Positions 42,491 to 52,507 of a stretch of DNA of 64,000 nt are shown here, in pieces (positions within the stretch are counted from its first letter, which is position 1; each line of letters starts with the position of its first letter). The notes below the pieces were generated by a model that was given only the letters and a program-made list of their open reading frames with translations, made no database searches and was not told the DNA's origin. This stretch comes from Candidatus Levyibacteriota bacterium. GTDB taxonomy: Bacteria; Patescibacteriota; Microgenomatia; Levybacterales; UBA12049. Both the position numbers and the translations under genes were made by a program. The DNA lies in the NCBI GenBank assembly GCA_038205015.1, contig JBBRCK010000004.1, positions 4,620 to 68,619 of the forward strand, in the 5' to 3' direction.

Positions 42491-43738
42491 ATGACACAAG
42501 ATAATCAGGATTTAATCAGCTTAGAGAAAAAACTTCTTGAAAAAGAAGAGAAATTAGATAGAGAAAAAGAAGAAATTAAATCTTTAAAAGAAAAATATGA
42601 AGAGAAGCTGGAAAAAATTTCATCTTTAACCTCAGAGGAAGCAAAAAGATTGCTTTTGGACGAAGTTGAACAAAACGAAGTAAAAACCGTAGCAAAAATA
42701 ATCAAAGAAAGAGAAGAAGAAGCAAAGTTAACCGCAGACAAAAAAACCCAAGAAATTTTAGTTGATTCCATGCGTCATGGAGCAACAAGTTATATTGCCG
42801 AATATACAGTCTCCGTTGTTAAAATTACTGACGAGGATATTAAGGGAAGAATTATCGGAAAAGAAGGAAGAAATATAAGAGCATTTGAGCAGGCAACGGG
42901 AGTTGATGTTGATTTAGATGAAGAAGGAGTAATCAGACTTTCCTGTTTTGACCAAGTTAGAAGAGAAATTGCTAAAAGAGCTTTGGATAAACTGTTAAAA
43001 GATACCAGGATTCAGCCTTTTAGAATAGAAGAAATAGTATTGGAAACAAAAAAAGAATTAGAAAAAGTAATGTTTGAAGAGGGCGTTAAATTGACCCAAG
43101 ATGCAGGAGTATATAATTTGCCGGCAGAATTAGTTGGAGTTTTAGGAAGATTTAAATTTAGGACTTCATATGGCCAGAATCTTATTGTTCATACTTTAGA
43201 AGACGTAAGAATCGGAGTTCATATTGCTCAGGAAATTGGGGCAGATGCCAATATTGTAAGACTTGGATGTCTTTTTCATGATATCGGAAAAGTTGTGGAA
43301 GGCGACGGAAGTCACGTAACGCTCGGAGTTGATTTATTAAAGAAATTTAATATTCCGGAAAAAATTATTAATTGTGTTGCCGAACATCATGAGGATAAAC
43401 CTTTTTCATCTGTAGAATCGGTAATTGTGCACATTGCAGATCAAATATCGGGTGCAAGACCAGGTGCAAGATACGAAGATGTTGAAGGTTATGCAAAAAG
43501 GTTAACGGAAATGGAAGAAATTGCAAAGAAATATGAGGGCGTTGAAGATGCTTATGCCTTTGAAGCGGGGAGAGAATTAAGAGTGATTATTAATCCGGGT
43601 AAGTTAGATGATTCACAAACCACAGTATTGGCAGCAAAGATAAGAGATGAAGTTGCAAAATCTCAGGCAGTACCGGGAGAAATAAAAGTTACCGCAATCA
43701 GGGAATTTAGAGCCGTTTCTTCGGAATTTTCCTCGTAA
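42491..43738 (+). CDS. rny: Ribonuclease Y
   Basis: KH domain KGRIIGKEGRNIR, RTSYGQN, HD motif HDIGK, SGARPGAR. Confidence 0.96.
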   Translation: MTQDNQDLISLEKKLLEKEEKLDREKEEIKSLKEKYEEKLEKISSLTSEEAKRLLLDEVEQNEVKTVAKIIKEREEEAKLTADKKTQEILVDSMRHGATSYIAEYTVSVVKITDEDIKGRIIGKEGRNIRAFEQATGVDVDLDEEGVIRLSCFDQVRREIAKRALDKLLKDTRIQPFRIEEIVLETKKELEKVMFEEGVKLTQDAGVYNLPAELVGVLGRFKFRTSYGQNLIVHTLEDVRIGVHIAQEIGADANIVRLGCLFHDIGKVVEGDGSHVTLGVDLLKKFNIPEKIINCVAEHHEDKPFSSVESVIVHIADQISGARPGARYEDVEGYAKRLTEMEEIAKKYEGVEDAYAFEAGRELRVIINPGKLDDSQTTVLAAKIRDEVAKSQAVPGEIKVTAIREFRAVSSEFSS

Positions 43739-43760
43739 AAGTATTTGATATAATCCACTT

Positions 43761-44294
43761 ATGGACTTTAGTAGGGTATTAATCAATACTGACCGTTTAA
43801 AGCTTATTCCAACTTCTCCAAAATACGCTTTTGATATTTTTAAAGAATTCACAGATGAAATTACAACTTATATGTATCCTAAGCCTGCCGAAAAAATTGA
43901 AGATACATTAAATTTTATTAATACTTCTATCTCAAAAATGGAAAATGGAGAAGAAGTTCAGGTAGTAATTTTAGATAAAGAAACAGGAGAATTTTTGGGA
44001 CACGGTGGTATTGCAAAATTAAAAACCAAAACCCCGGAGCTTGGCATCTGGATTAAAAAATCAGCTCATGGACATAAATACGGAAAAGAAGCAGTAAAGG
44101 GATTAAAGGATTGGATTGATAAAAAAATTGATTATAAATATATTATTTACCCCGTTGATAAAAGAAATATCGGGAGCAGAAAGATAGCGGAATTTTTAGG
44201 CGGAGTGATTGAAGATGAATATAAAAAAGAAAATATGTCAGGAAATATTCTTGATGAAGTAGAATATAGAATTTATCCCCAAAAATCCTCTTGA
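43761..44294 (+). CDS. RimJ/RimL-like GNAT acetyltransferase
   Basis: TDRLKL, ELGIWI..HGHKYGKEA, NIGSRKIAE. Confidence 0.88.
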   Translation: MDFSRVLINTDRLKLIPTSPKYAFDIFKEFTDEITTYMYPKPAEKIEDTLNFINTSISKMENGEEVQVVILDKETGEFLGHGGIAKLKTKTPELGIWIKKSAHGHKYGKEAVKGLKDWIDKKIDYKYIIYPVDKRNIGSRKIAEFLGGVIEDEYKKENMSGNILDEVEYRIYPQKSS

Positions 44295-44372
44295 CAACAC
44301 ATCATTTACCTTGTATTGTTAAGCTAATTAATACATCGTGAATTTTTATTCAAGAAAGGCGGGTGAAGTTAA

Positions 44373-44645
44373 TTGACAAAAAAAGACTTAATAGAATTAG
44401 TTGCAAAAAAAGGAAATTTAACCAATAAAGCCTCAAGAGAAGCAGTCGCGGCATTTCTTAATGGAATAAGAGATTCTTTAAAAAGAGGAGAAAAAGTTGT
44501 AATTACCGGATTTGGAACATTTTCTGTTAGAAAAAGAGCAGCAAGACCGGGAAGAAATCCTAAAACTGGAGAAAAAATTACTATTCAGGCAAGAAAAGCT
44601 CCTGGTTTTACTCCCGGAAAAACCTTAAAAAAGACAATCAGATAA
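44373..44645 (+). CDS. hup: HU DNA-binding protein
   Basis: GFGTFSVRKRAARPGRNPKTGE; TTG start with SD-like AGGCGGGTGA; promoter TTGACA at 44291. Confidence 0.97.
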   Translation: MTKKDLIELVAKKGNLTNKASREAVAAFLNGIRDSLKRGEKVVITGFGTFSVRKRAARPGRNPKTGEKITIQARKAPGFTPGKTLKKTIR

Positions 44646-44694
44646 CAAATAATTTTCTTTAAAACGTAATTTGTTATAATATCATTAAGTTGTT

Positions 44695-45732
44695 ATGACA
44701 TTAAGACTAAGGACGATTTTTTTTATAGTCACGGGATTATTACTTTTATGGTTTCTTTATATAGAAAGAGCAATTTTAACCCCATTTATTTTAGCCGGAA
44801 TTTTCGCTTATATTTTTAATCCAATTGTTAATTTCTTTTATCACAAATTAAAGTTTCCCAGAACTGTTACCGTAATCGCAATCTACACGGTGATAATCTC
44901 ATTAGTTATTTTCGGTGGCTTGGCGTTTTCTAAAAGAATTGTTGATGAATCATCTTTACTAAAAGAAGAAGCTTATACAATAACAGCCTCTGCAAAAAAT
45001 CAATTAAATTATCTGCCCGATTGGGCAAGGCCAACAATTGAAGATACCCTTTCAACTTTTGATAAAACCAGTAATATTAGCTATCCTTCAATTTTTAATT
45101 ACGCCCCTGCTGCTTTTTCCAGAATTTTAGGTTTAATCATCTTCTTGTTTGCAGCATTTTATTTTCTAAAAGAAGGAAGAAACATGATAGATAAAATCTT
45201 AAATTTTGTCCCGGCAGACTACAGAATTGAGGTTGATATTCTAATCAGAAAAATTAATTCAATTCTGGGAAGTTATTTAAGAGGTCAAATATTTCTTGTA
45301 TTTTTTGTCTCCAGTGTTTTATTTATTTGTTTGACTATTTTAGGAGTAAAATTTTCATTTATTCTTGCAGTTTTTACTGGTTTTGCGGAAATTGTACCAA
45401 TAATTGGCCCAATTGTGGCAACAGCAGTTGTTGCGACAGTAGGTTTTATTGTGGGAACCTCAAATTTTAATCTTGCACCGATTCAGATATCGATTGCAAT
45501 TATAATAATATATTTTGTAGTAAGACAAGTCCAGGATTATTTCGTGAATCCTTATATAATGGGGAGAATTACTAAGCTTCATCCCTTGATAATACTTTTT
45601 TCGGTTATTGCGGGAGAACATATCGCTGGAATATTAGGTTTAATTTTGGCGGTTCCGATTGCCGGAATTTTAAGAGTAATTTTTGAATATTCCCTAGATA
45701 AAGTAAGTAATAAAACCTCAGAAGAAAATTAA
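44695..45732 (+). CDS. AI-2E family (PerM-like) transporter
   Basis: PFILAGIFAYIFNP, YLRGQ, LHPLIILFSV, GLILAVP. Confidence 0.92.
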   Translation: MTLRLRTIFFIVTGLLLLWFLYIERAILTPFILAGIFAYIFNPIVNFFYHKLKFPRTVTVIAIYTVIISLVIFGGLAFSKRIVDESSLLKEEAYTITASAKNQLNYLPDWARPTIEDTLSTFDKTSNISYPSIFNYAPAAFSRILGLIIFLFAAFYFLKEGRNMIDKILNFVPADYRIEVDILIRKINSILGSYLRGQIFLVFFVSSVLFICLTILGVKFSFILAVFTGFAEIVPIIGPIVATAVVATVGFIVGTSNFNLAPIQISIAIIIIYFVVRQVQDYFVNPYIMGRITKLHPLIILFSVIAGEHIAGILGLILAVPIAGILRVIFEYSLDKVSNKTSEEN

Positions 45733-45735
45733 AAA

Positions 45736-46085
45736 GTCTGTGGAAGTTAGTAAGCCAGATTCTGTTTTTAAGTTGCAATCTATCTTAATTATGATATTTT
45801 CACATTACCCCGATTAACTCGGGATGCCCTCTGTTTAGATGCTCCCCTAAAGAAAGGTAATAACGCACCAATCCGAGGTTGCAGCAGGTAGGATTGCCCG
45901 TTTCACCCCCACTCGTCTCTGTTGCTCTCAGATATTGTCAATTCAACATCTGTTCTAAAGTTTTATCGTGGGAGAAACTTTAGAAACTAGCTATTTCTAG
46001 TCGGAACTTACGTTCCATCCCTGTCTTTAACCCTGTCTGGACTTTCCTGTCGCTTTAGGCGACTAGCAACTCTTCTTCCACAGAC
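45736..46085 (-). ncRNA. rnpB: RNase P RNA
   Basis: P1 GTCTGTGGAAG/CTTCCACAGAC; GGAAAGTCC; GCAACAGA; GGTGAAACGG; 3' ACAGAATCTGGCTTA. Confidence 0.92.
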
Positions 46086-46105
46086 GAAGGTATTTTAGCA
46101 AAGAT

Positions 46106-48982
46106 TTAGCTAAAAGTCGAACAAAGCATCCTAAATTCACAGTTTTTACATAGAATATTTCCACTGCATTTAAAGTCGCTTTTTTCAATTTCTTCAATTT
46201 TTCTAACAAGATCATTTTCTAAATTATCTAAATCTTCTTTTTTAAAATTCATGGATTTTTTCGTATTTCCTTCAAGAAAATGAATAGTTAGAGTAATATC
46301 TTCCGGTTTTCGATTAAAGATATTATCATTAATCTTAGTAGCAGCGAGTGCATAGATAGCCAGTTGAAGTTTATGCGCCGCATCGGCTTTTGGATTATCC
46401 AAGCCTGTTTTATAATCTATGATTTCAATTCCTTTAGCTCCCTTTTTATCAACCCTATCGATTTTCCCAAAAACTTTCACGCCGTTTTTTAATGTAAAAG
46501 AAAAAGATTGTTCAATGCCAAGTGGTTTTATCGGCGGATGGCACTCTGTTTTATAAAAATTTTTAATAATTTTTTTACCCTGAGTATATCTTTCATTTTC
46601 GTGCTTCTTATTTTCATATCCAACATTTTCCCAGTCTTTTTTAAGTAGATTTTTAAAAACGGAAAAAGTTGGATTTTCTCCTTCCTGAACTAATTTGTAA
46701 AAATCGTAAAGGGTCTTATGTAAGGATATTCCAAAGCTTTGCACTGCTGCCGGTGGAGTTGGAAGACTTAAGATAGCCTTAGCTTTATAATGTAGGGGAC
46801 ATATATCAAACATCTGAAGGTTTGAATATGTAATATAGCTTAGTTTAAGAGGAGTTTTCTCCACTGGTTTTTCATCGGAATCTTCGTAGGCTGATAATAT
46901 ATCAGTTAAAGAAAGTTGTTGAATTTGAGGCATTGTCTTTTCCTGTTTTTTTAGAAAGGGGAGCGCTTCGTATATAAATGGCGATAGTTTTTTCGGTCTC
47001 TTTCCGGTACCGTAATAATTGGCTGCAGTAAAATATAATTTTTCTTTAGCCCTAGTCATCCCGACGTAAAAAAGCCTACGTTCTTCTTCTAAGTGAAAAT
47101 CAGAATCTTTTGGTAAATTCTCTTTAATAATTGTAGAGGGTAATGGAATTTTTTCACTTCTTTCTCTGGTTGGAAATCTATCTGATACCAGATTGACTAA
47201 GAAAACTACTTTGAATTCTAGACCTTTTGAAGAGTGAACAGTTAAGATATTAACAGCATTATTGTCACGTAAGTCAATGTCTGCGGCCAGCGGGCTGTCA
47301 CCCATCTGAAGCATTAACATCAGCCATTCAACCAGCGTATAAATATTTGCATCTGTCCTTTCGGTTTCAAAGTTTTTAATTCTGTCAAAAAATTTTGCAA
47401 TATTTTGAACTCGTTTTTCATCCTTAACAGAATTGGTCTCTGCTAAAATTTTGTAAAGACCGGACTGGACTAAAAAATCATAAAGAATCTGGCCGGCTTG
47501 TTCTTTTTTACTATTATTTAAATGTTTTTCTGCCATTTTTCTAAACTCATTCAGTTTTTTAATAGTTACTGGTTTTAAAAAGCTTTGATTTGTATCAAAA
47601 AGCGCTTCAAAAAGAGTTAAATTTCTTTTTTTAGCAAAATTAAGAAGAAAATTAAGCTCAACTAAAGAAATATCAAAAATATCCATCGATAAAACTCTAA
47701 ATAAAGAAATTGAATCAGATAAATCAGTCAAAAAGGTTAAATAAGCGATTAAATCTTTAATTTCTTCTTGTTGAAAAAGATAACCGGGTCCTAAAAATTG
47801 ATAAGGAATTCTGTTTCTTTGTAAAGCGGTTGTAATAAGTTGCGCGTGATTATTTGCTCTAACTAAAATTGCAATGTCTTTGTAGTCATAATCCTTTTTT
47901 GTAATTTTTTTTATTTCCAAGGCAATTTTGTCTGCTTCATCTTCGGACCTTGCTTCATGAATTAATTCTATTTGTTGATTCGTTTTTTTTGAATGGCTTT
48001 TTAATTTTTTATTTATTTTTTCAACAATCTCAAGTCGGTTCGGATTATTATTTTGTATAAGTAGGTAAGACGAATCCAAAATTTCTTGAGTGGATCTGTA
48101 ATTATCAATTAAAGTTATAACTTTTGAGGACGGAAAATTTTTCTTAAATTGTAAAACATTTGAAACCGCTGCGCCTCTAAATCTATAAATAGATTGATCA
48201 TCATCTGCAACAACAGCTATGTTTTTCTCCCTATGGCCTGCCAAAAGTATCGCCAGTTCGTTTTGTGCAAAATTAGTATCTTGAAATTCATCAACTAAAA
48301 TATATTCAAATTGCTTTTGATATCTTTTTAAGATATTTGGCCGTGTTCTAAAAAGAAGAAGCGTGTTTGATATTAAGTCGGAAAAATCCATTAACGACTT
48401 TTTAATTTTTAATTCTTCATATTCTTTATAAGAATTAGCAAGTTCTAAGTACTCTTTAGTTTCATCGGATATTTTTTGTTTTTTTGCCCAATTAATATAT
48501 TCATTAGGATTTATATCTTCATCTTTTAGTCTGGAAAAATGAGTAAGCAATGCCTCTAAGAATTTATTTGGGTTTCCAAGCGGTCTAAATATATTAAGAC
48601 CTAAATTAAAAATATTTTGTCTAAGTAGTAATATACTTTCTGCTTCGGAAATTAATTTATAATTTGGGTCAAGTCCAATCGTATGAGCTTCGTCTCTTAA
48701 AATTCTGTCGCAAAAAGAATGAAAAGTATGTATCCAGAGATTGGTATATCCGTAAGGAAGGAGTATGTCGACTCTTTCTTGCATTTGATGAGCAGCTTTT
48801 TCGGTAAAAGTTAAAGCCAACAATTTAGATGGAGAAACTTTTTTATTAACGATTAAATATTTTATTCGTTCTGTAATAACAGTTGTTTTACCTGTTCCGG
48901 CTCCGGCAATAATTAAAAGAGGCCCTTTGGAATGCTTGATTGCCTGAAGCTGAAATTTATCAAGACTTACTGAGGTTTTCAT
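46106..48982 (-). CDS. UvrD/PcrA-like helicase fused to C-terminal PD-(D/E)xK nuclease (AdnAB/AddA-like)
   Basis: AGAGTGKT, VDEFQDTN, TVHSSKGLEF, EERRLFYVGMTRA, GKIDRVD..IIDYKTG, CP...C..C.....C. Confidence 0.92.
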   Translation of the reverse strand: MKTSVSLDKFQLQAIKHSKGPLLIIAGAGTGKTTVITERIKYLIVNKKVSPSKLLALTFTEKAAHQMQERVDILLPYGYTNLWIHTFHSFCDRILRDEAHTIGLDPNYKLISEAESILLLRQNIFNLGLNIFRPLGNPNKFLEALLTHFSRLKDEDINPNEYINWAKKQKISDETKEYLELANSYKEYEELKIKKSLMDFSDLISNTLLLFRTRPNILKRYQKQFEYILVDEFQDTNFAQNELAILLAGHREKNIAVVADDDQSIYRFRGAAVSNVLQFKKNFPSSKVITLIDNYRSTQEILDSSYLLIQNNNPNRLEIVEKINKKLKSHSKKTNQQIELIHEARSEDEADKIALEIKKITKKDYDYKDIAILVRANNHAQLITTALQRNRIPYQFLGPGYLFQQEEIKDLIAYLTFLTDLSDSISLFRVLSMDIFDISLVELNFLLNFAKKRNLTLFEALFDTNQSFLKPVTIKKLNEFRKMAEKHLNNSKKEQAGQILYDFLVQSGLYKILAETNSVKDEKRVQNIAKFFDRIKNFETERTDANIYTLVEWLMLMLQMGDSPLAADIDLRDNNAVNILTVHSSKGLEFKVVFLVNLVSDRFPTRERSEKIPLPSTIIKENLPKDSDFHLEEERRLFYVGMTRAKEKLYFTAANYYGTGKRPKKLSPFIYEALPFLKKQEKTMPQIQQLSLTDILSAYEDSDEKPVEKTPLKLSYITYSNLQMFDICPLHYKAKAILSLPTPPAAVQSFGISLHKTLYDFYKLVQEGENPTFSVFKNLLKKDWENVGYENKKHENERYTQGKKIIKNFYKTECHPPIKPLGIEQSFSFTLKNGVKVFGKIDRVDKKGAKGIEIIDYKTGLDNPKADAAHKLQLAIYALAATKINDNIFNRKPEDITLTIHFLEGNTKKSMNFKKEDLDNLENDLVRKIEEIEKSDFKCSGNILCKNCEFRMLCSTFS

Positions 48983-49078
48983 CAGAGGTATTGTATCATA
49001 GAGCTTTTTATAATTATTAGCTTTTTTGCATGTAAAACATAATGGCAGTTAAGCCATTTTTTATAAAAGTTTAACAGC

Positions 49079-49498
49079 TTATTCTACGACCACCGTTCCC
49101 TTTTGACTTGGATTAAAATGATTATGATAGGTGTAGGTTCCCCTTTTTTCAAATACTACAGATACGCTAGAGCCGTTATCAAATTGGCCTAAATTTAAGA
49201 AAGACCAAAGAGTATGGGTTGGGTGAGGGTCTGAATTAACAGTCGCTTGCGTACCACTTTTATTTATCCAGATAACTCTTGTTCCGGTTTTCACTTTTAA
49301 AGTTAATGGTTCAAATCCTGATGCACTTACGTTTATGTTTGCGGTTGGTACATTTTTATTAGCTTGTGTTGGTTGGGAATTCTGATTTAAAGAGCCAGAA
49401 TTAACCTTTGTTGTATTAAGATTTCCTTTTAGTAGTAAAAAACCGGCAATACCCAAAACCCCGATAAATATAATTGCTAATATAATTTTATTATTCAT
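49079..49498 (-). CDS. Membrane-anchored cupredoxin-domain protein
   Basis: N-terminal TM, GFEPLTLKVKTGTRVIWIN, GTYTYHNH; SD AGGAGGTGA. Confidence 0.85.
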   Translation of the reverse strand: MNNKIILAIIFIGVLGIAGFLLLKGNLNTTKVNSGSLNQNSQPTQANKNVPTANINVSASGFEPLTLKVKTGTRVIWINKSGTQATVNSDPHPTHTLWSFLNLGQFDNGSSVSVVFEKRGTYTYHNHFNPSQKGTVVVE

Positions 49499-49523
49499 TT
49501 TTCACCTCCTTTAAAAAAGATTT

Positions 49524-50507
49524 TTATTCGATTTGTTTATTATTATTTTCCAGATTTTTTGTAGATGATATTTTTCTTCCAAGCGATGAAATATTATCAG
49601 AAACATTACTAAACTGGGAATATGCGTTGTTAATATGTTTTCCTAAGACTGACATATTATCTTCAATTTTTTGATAATCTATTTGCATGCTTCTTAAAAG
49701 AGTGAAAAGTTCTTTAGATTTGGTTTCAATTTTTCTTCCTTCAAAAGACAGAAGAATTGTCTGAAGGTGGGCGTATAAAGTGGAAGGCGAAACTAAATAG
49801 ACTCTTGACCTTCTTGCGTAGTCCATCAGGTCGGTTAAATTTACAACTTCATAATAAACGGATTCGCTTGGAATATACATTAATGCAAAATCCATTGTTC
49901 CCTCAGCTGGCAAAATATATTTTTTAGAAATTGCGTCAATATGTTTTTTTACATCCTTAATAAATTCTTTTCTAAATATATCTTTTTCCTTCTCCTGGGC
50001 CTTTGTCATTCTCTGAAAATTTTCCATAGGAAATTTTGAATCAATTGGTAGTATTCCTGCGTCTGTTTTTATTGCGGCATCAACTTTATCTCCGGATTTA
50101 AATTCATATTGTAAGAAAAAACTATTTTTAGGAAACATTTGGGAAATTAAATCTTTTAATACTTGTTCGCCGATATTTCCCCTAAGCTTCGGGCTTTTTA
50201 AAAACTCTTGCAGCTCCCGCATACTTCTACCTATTTCACTCATTTGTCCAACTTCTTTTCCCACGTCTTGAATCACACTTGCAGCTTTATCCAGTCTTTC
50301 GTTTAGTTGTTTTGAATTTTCCTGAAGTGTTCTAATTGTTTGAGAGGAGGAGCTGTTGATGGTTGACTGCATTGTTTTTAACCATTCTAAAAGCATTTCG
50401 TCGGTTTTAGGTTTTTGAAGTTGAGACAACTTTTTGTTTATAAAATATATTAAAACAGCGAAGGAAAAGATTATTGTTAATATTATTATGAGCAGTTGAT
50501 TTGACAT
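49524..50507 (-). CDS. rmuC: DNA recombination protein RmuC
   Basis: RGNIGE, PIDSKFP, TMDFALMYIPSESVY. Confidence 0.93.
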   Translation of the reverse strand: MSNQLLIIILTIIFSFAVLIYFINKKLSQLQKPKTDEMLLEWLKTMQSTINSSSSQTIRTLQENSKQLNERLDKAASVIQDVGKEVGQMSEIGRSMRELQEFLKSPKLRGNIGEQVLKDLISQMFPKNSFFLQYEFKSGDKVDAAIKTDAGILPIDSKFPMENFQRMTKAQEKEKDIFRKEFIKDVKKHIDAISKKYILPAEGTMDFALMYIPSESVYYEVVNLTDLMDYARRSRVYLVSPSTLYAHLQTILLSFEGRKIETKSKELFTLLRSMQIDYQKIEDNMSVLGKHINNAYSQFSNVSDNISSLGRKISSTKNLENNNKQIE

Positions 50508-50534
50508 AGAGTTATTTTACCACGATTTACTTTT

Positions 50535-51566
50535 TTAATCGAAATACAATTCCGGATTTGCAGAAAGATTTTTCCAAGAGACTTCCTGATAATTATAAAA
50601 AGCAGCTGTTGCAATCATCGCAGCGTTATCTGTACATAAAGTACTTTCGGGAACAAAAAACTTTACGTCTAAATTATTTTTATTTATGTACTGAGTAAAC
50701 TTATTTTTTAGCGTTTGACTTGCGGCGACTCCACCTCCCAGAATAATTGATTTAGTATTGTATTTTTTGAAGGCTTTAATTGTTTTTTTAATTAAAACAT
50801 CAAAAACTGCTTCTTGAAGCGAATAAGAAATATTTATAATATCTTTTTCCTTTAAATTTTTTTGACCAATTTTTTCAACTTCCCGAAGAACAGCTGCTTT
50901 AAGACCGGAAAACGAAAAATCTAAGTCACCTGATCCAAGCATGGGTCTTGGAAAATGATAAATGTCTTCATTAGTTTTTTTTGCAATTTTTTCAATTTCC
51001 GGTCCTGCAGGATAAGAAAGATTTAAAAGTCGTCCTGTTTTATCAAATGCCTCACCGGCGGCATCATCTCTTGTTCCTCCCAACCATTCAATGTTTTGGT
51101 GATTTTTTATTAATACTAAGTCAGTATGTCCACCGGAAACAATAAGTGCTAGTGCAGGAAATTCTATATCTTGTTTATTTTCAGATTCTATCCAATTTGC
51201 ATAAATATGTCCGAAGAGATGATTAACCGGAATTAGTGGCTTTTTCCAGAGGTAAGAGAATATTCTCGCTGTTTCTACTCCTACAAGTAAAGAACCGATT
51301 AATCCCGGTCCATTAGTAACTGCGATTGCATCTATTTCTTCTTTTGGATTTTTTAATATTTTTAAGGCTTCATCAATTACGGGAATTATAAATTTTACTT
51401 GTTCTCTTGCGGCAACTTCCGGAATTATTCCTCCTGTTTTAGCATGCAAGCTTAGCGAAGTGGAAATAACATTAGATAATAATTTAACCTTTTTTTCTTT
51501 TTTGTCTGTTTTAATTAACGAAGCAGCGGTTTCATCACAGCTTGTTTCAATTCCTAAAATTATCAT
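50535..51566 (-). CDS. tsaD: t6A tRNA threonylcarbamoyltransferase TsaD
   Basis: LGIETSCDETA, VSGGHT, DDAAGEAFDK, CTDNAAMIA. Confidence 0.97.
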   Translation of the reverse strand: MIILGIETSCDETAASLIKTDKKEKKVKLLSNVISTSLSLHAKTGGIIPEVAAREQVKFIIPVIDEALKILKNPKEEIDAIAVTNGPGLIGSLLVGVETARIFSYLWKKPLIPVNHLFGHIYANWIESENKQDIEFPALALIVSGGHTDLVLIKNHQNIEWLGGTRDDAAGEAFDKTGRLLNLSYPAGPEIEKIAKKTNEDIYHFPRPMLGSGDLDFSFSGLKAAVLREVEKIGQKNLKEKDIINISYSLQEAVFDVLIKKTIKAFKKYNTKSIILGGGVAASQTLKNKFTQYINKNNLDVKFFVPESTLCTDNAAMIATAAFYNYQEVSWKNLSANPELYFD

Positions 51567-51568
51567 AT

Positions 51569-52018
51569 TTATAGATTTATTTTTACTTTGTCACCGATTT
51601 TAAAATTGTATGTATGGGAAAGTCCCGCATTGATTTCAAAAACAAAATTAGCTTTAGTTCTGGGTTTATAGATTGTTAATTTTTCATCCGGTGATTTTGG
51701 ATTGGGAACATTCTCAAAAATATCAACAATGGTACTGTCTTTAATATAAATTATATCTATGGGAAATTTCATATCTTTCATCCAAAAAGCGAAATAGTCA
51801 TAATTTGAAAAAGGGAATAGCATGCCCATATTTGATGGAAGCTTGTTGTATTTTGCCAAGCCTACCTCTTGCTCCTGATTAGATTTGGCAATATCCAATA
51901 TGAAGGTTTTATTGTTAATAGAAATTGTATTTTTTGGATTATTTTGCTTGTTAGAAAAAAGCCCCCAAATTATAAATATTACAATTGTAGCTAAAATTAA
52001 TATCGCAAAGTTTTTCAT
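51569..52018 (-). CDS. DUF192 family protein
   Basis: GMLF, FWMKDMKFPIDIIYI, VFEINAG. Confidence 0.92.
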   Translation of the reverse strand: MKNFAILILATIVIFIIWGLFSNKQNNPKNTISINNKTFILDIAKSNQEQEVGLAKYNKLPSNMGMLFPFSNYDYFAFWMKDMKFPIDIIYIKDSTIVDIFENVPNPKSPDEKLTIYKPRTKANFVFEINAGLSHTYNFKIGDKVKINL

Positions 52019-52021
52019 GGC

Positions 52022-52507
52022 TTAAAAGTTTTTATAAATTAAATCTGTAAGTTTGGAAGTGGATTTATTTTTTATTTTAGCTATTACAGAAACCACCTTT
52101 GCGTTAATTTCTTTTGCCTGTCTGATATTATGAATTTCTTGAGGATCATTTTTGGTTATCGCAATTACATTAGGTTTTAAAGAAAAAATTAGACTATCGT
52201 AATCTGTGTTTGTTTTCATTTCGTTAAGTAAAACTACAAAGTCAACGAAATTAATCGATGCCAGTATTTCGGCCCTATCTTTTTGTTTATTAATCGGTCT
52301 TTTTTGTCCTTTTAATTTTTTTACATTTTTGTCATTTTCCAAAAGAACAAATAGAAAGTCTCCCTTCTCTTTAGCTTTTTGCAAAAATTTTATATGACCG
52401 ATATGTAAAATATCAAAACAACCTCCACAAACGACGATTGATTTTTTATCTTTCTTTAGATTTACGGAAATTTTGATAGCTTTGTTAACTGTTATTATTT
52501 TACTCAC
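52022..52507 (-). CDS. Cytidylyltransferase-like (HIGH) nucleotidyltransferase
   Basis: GGCFDILHIGH, KGQKRPIN, KSTS. Confidence 0.88.
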   Translation of the reverse strand: MSKIITVNKAIKISVNLKKDKKSIVVCGGCFDILHIGHIKFLQKAKEKGDFLFVLLENDKNVKKLKGQKRPINKQKDRAEILASINFVDFVVLLNEMKTNTDYDSLIFSLKPNVIAITKNDPQEIHNIRQAKEINAKVVSVIAKIKNKSTSKLTDLIYKNF

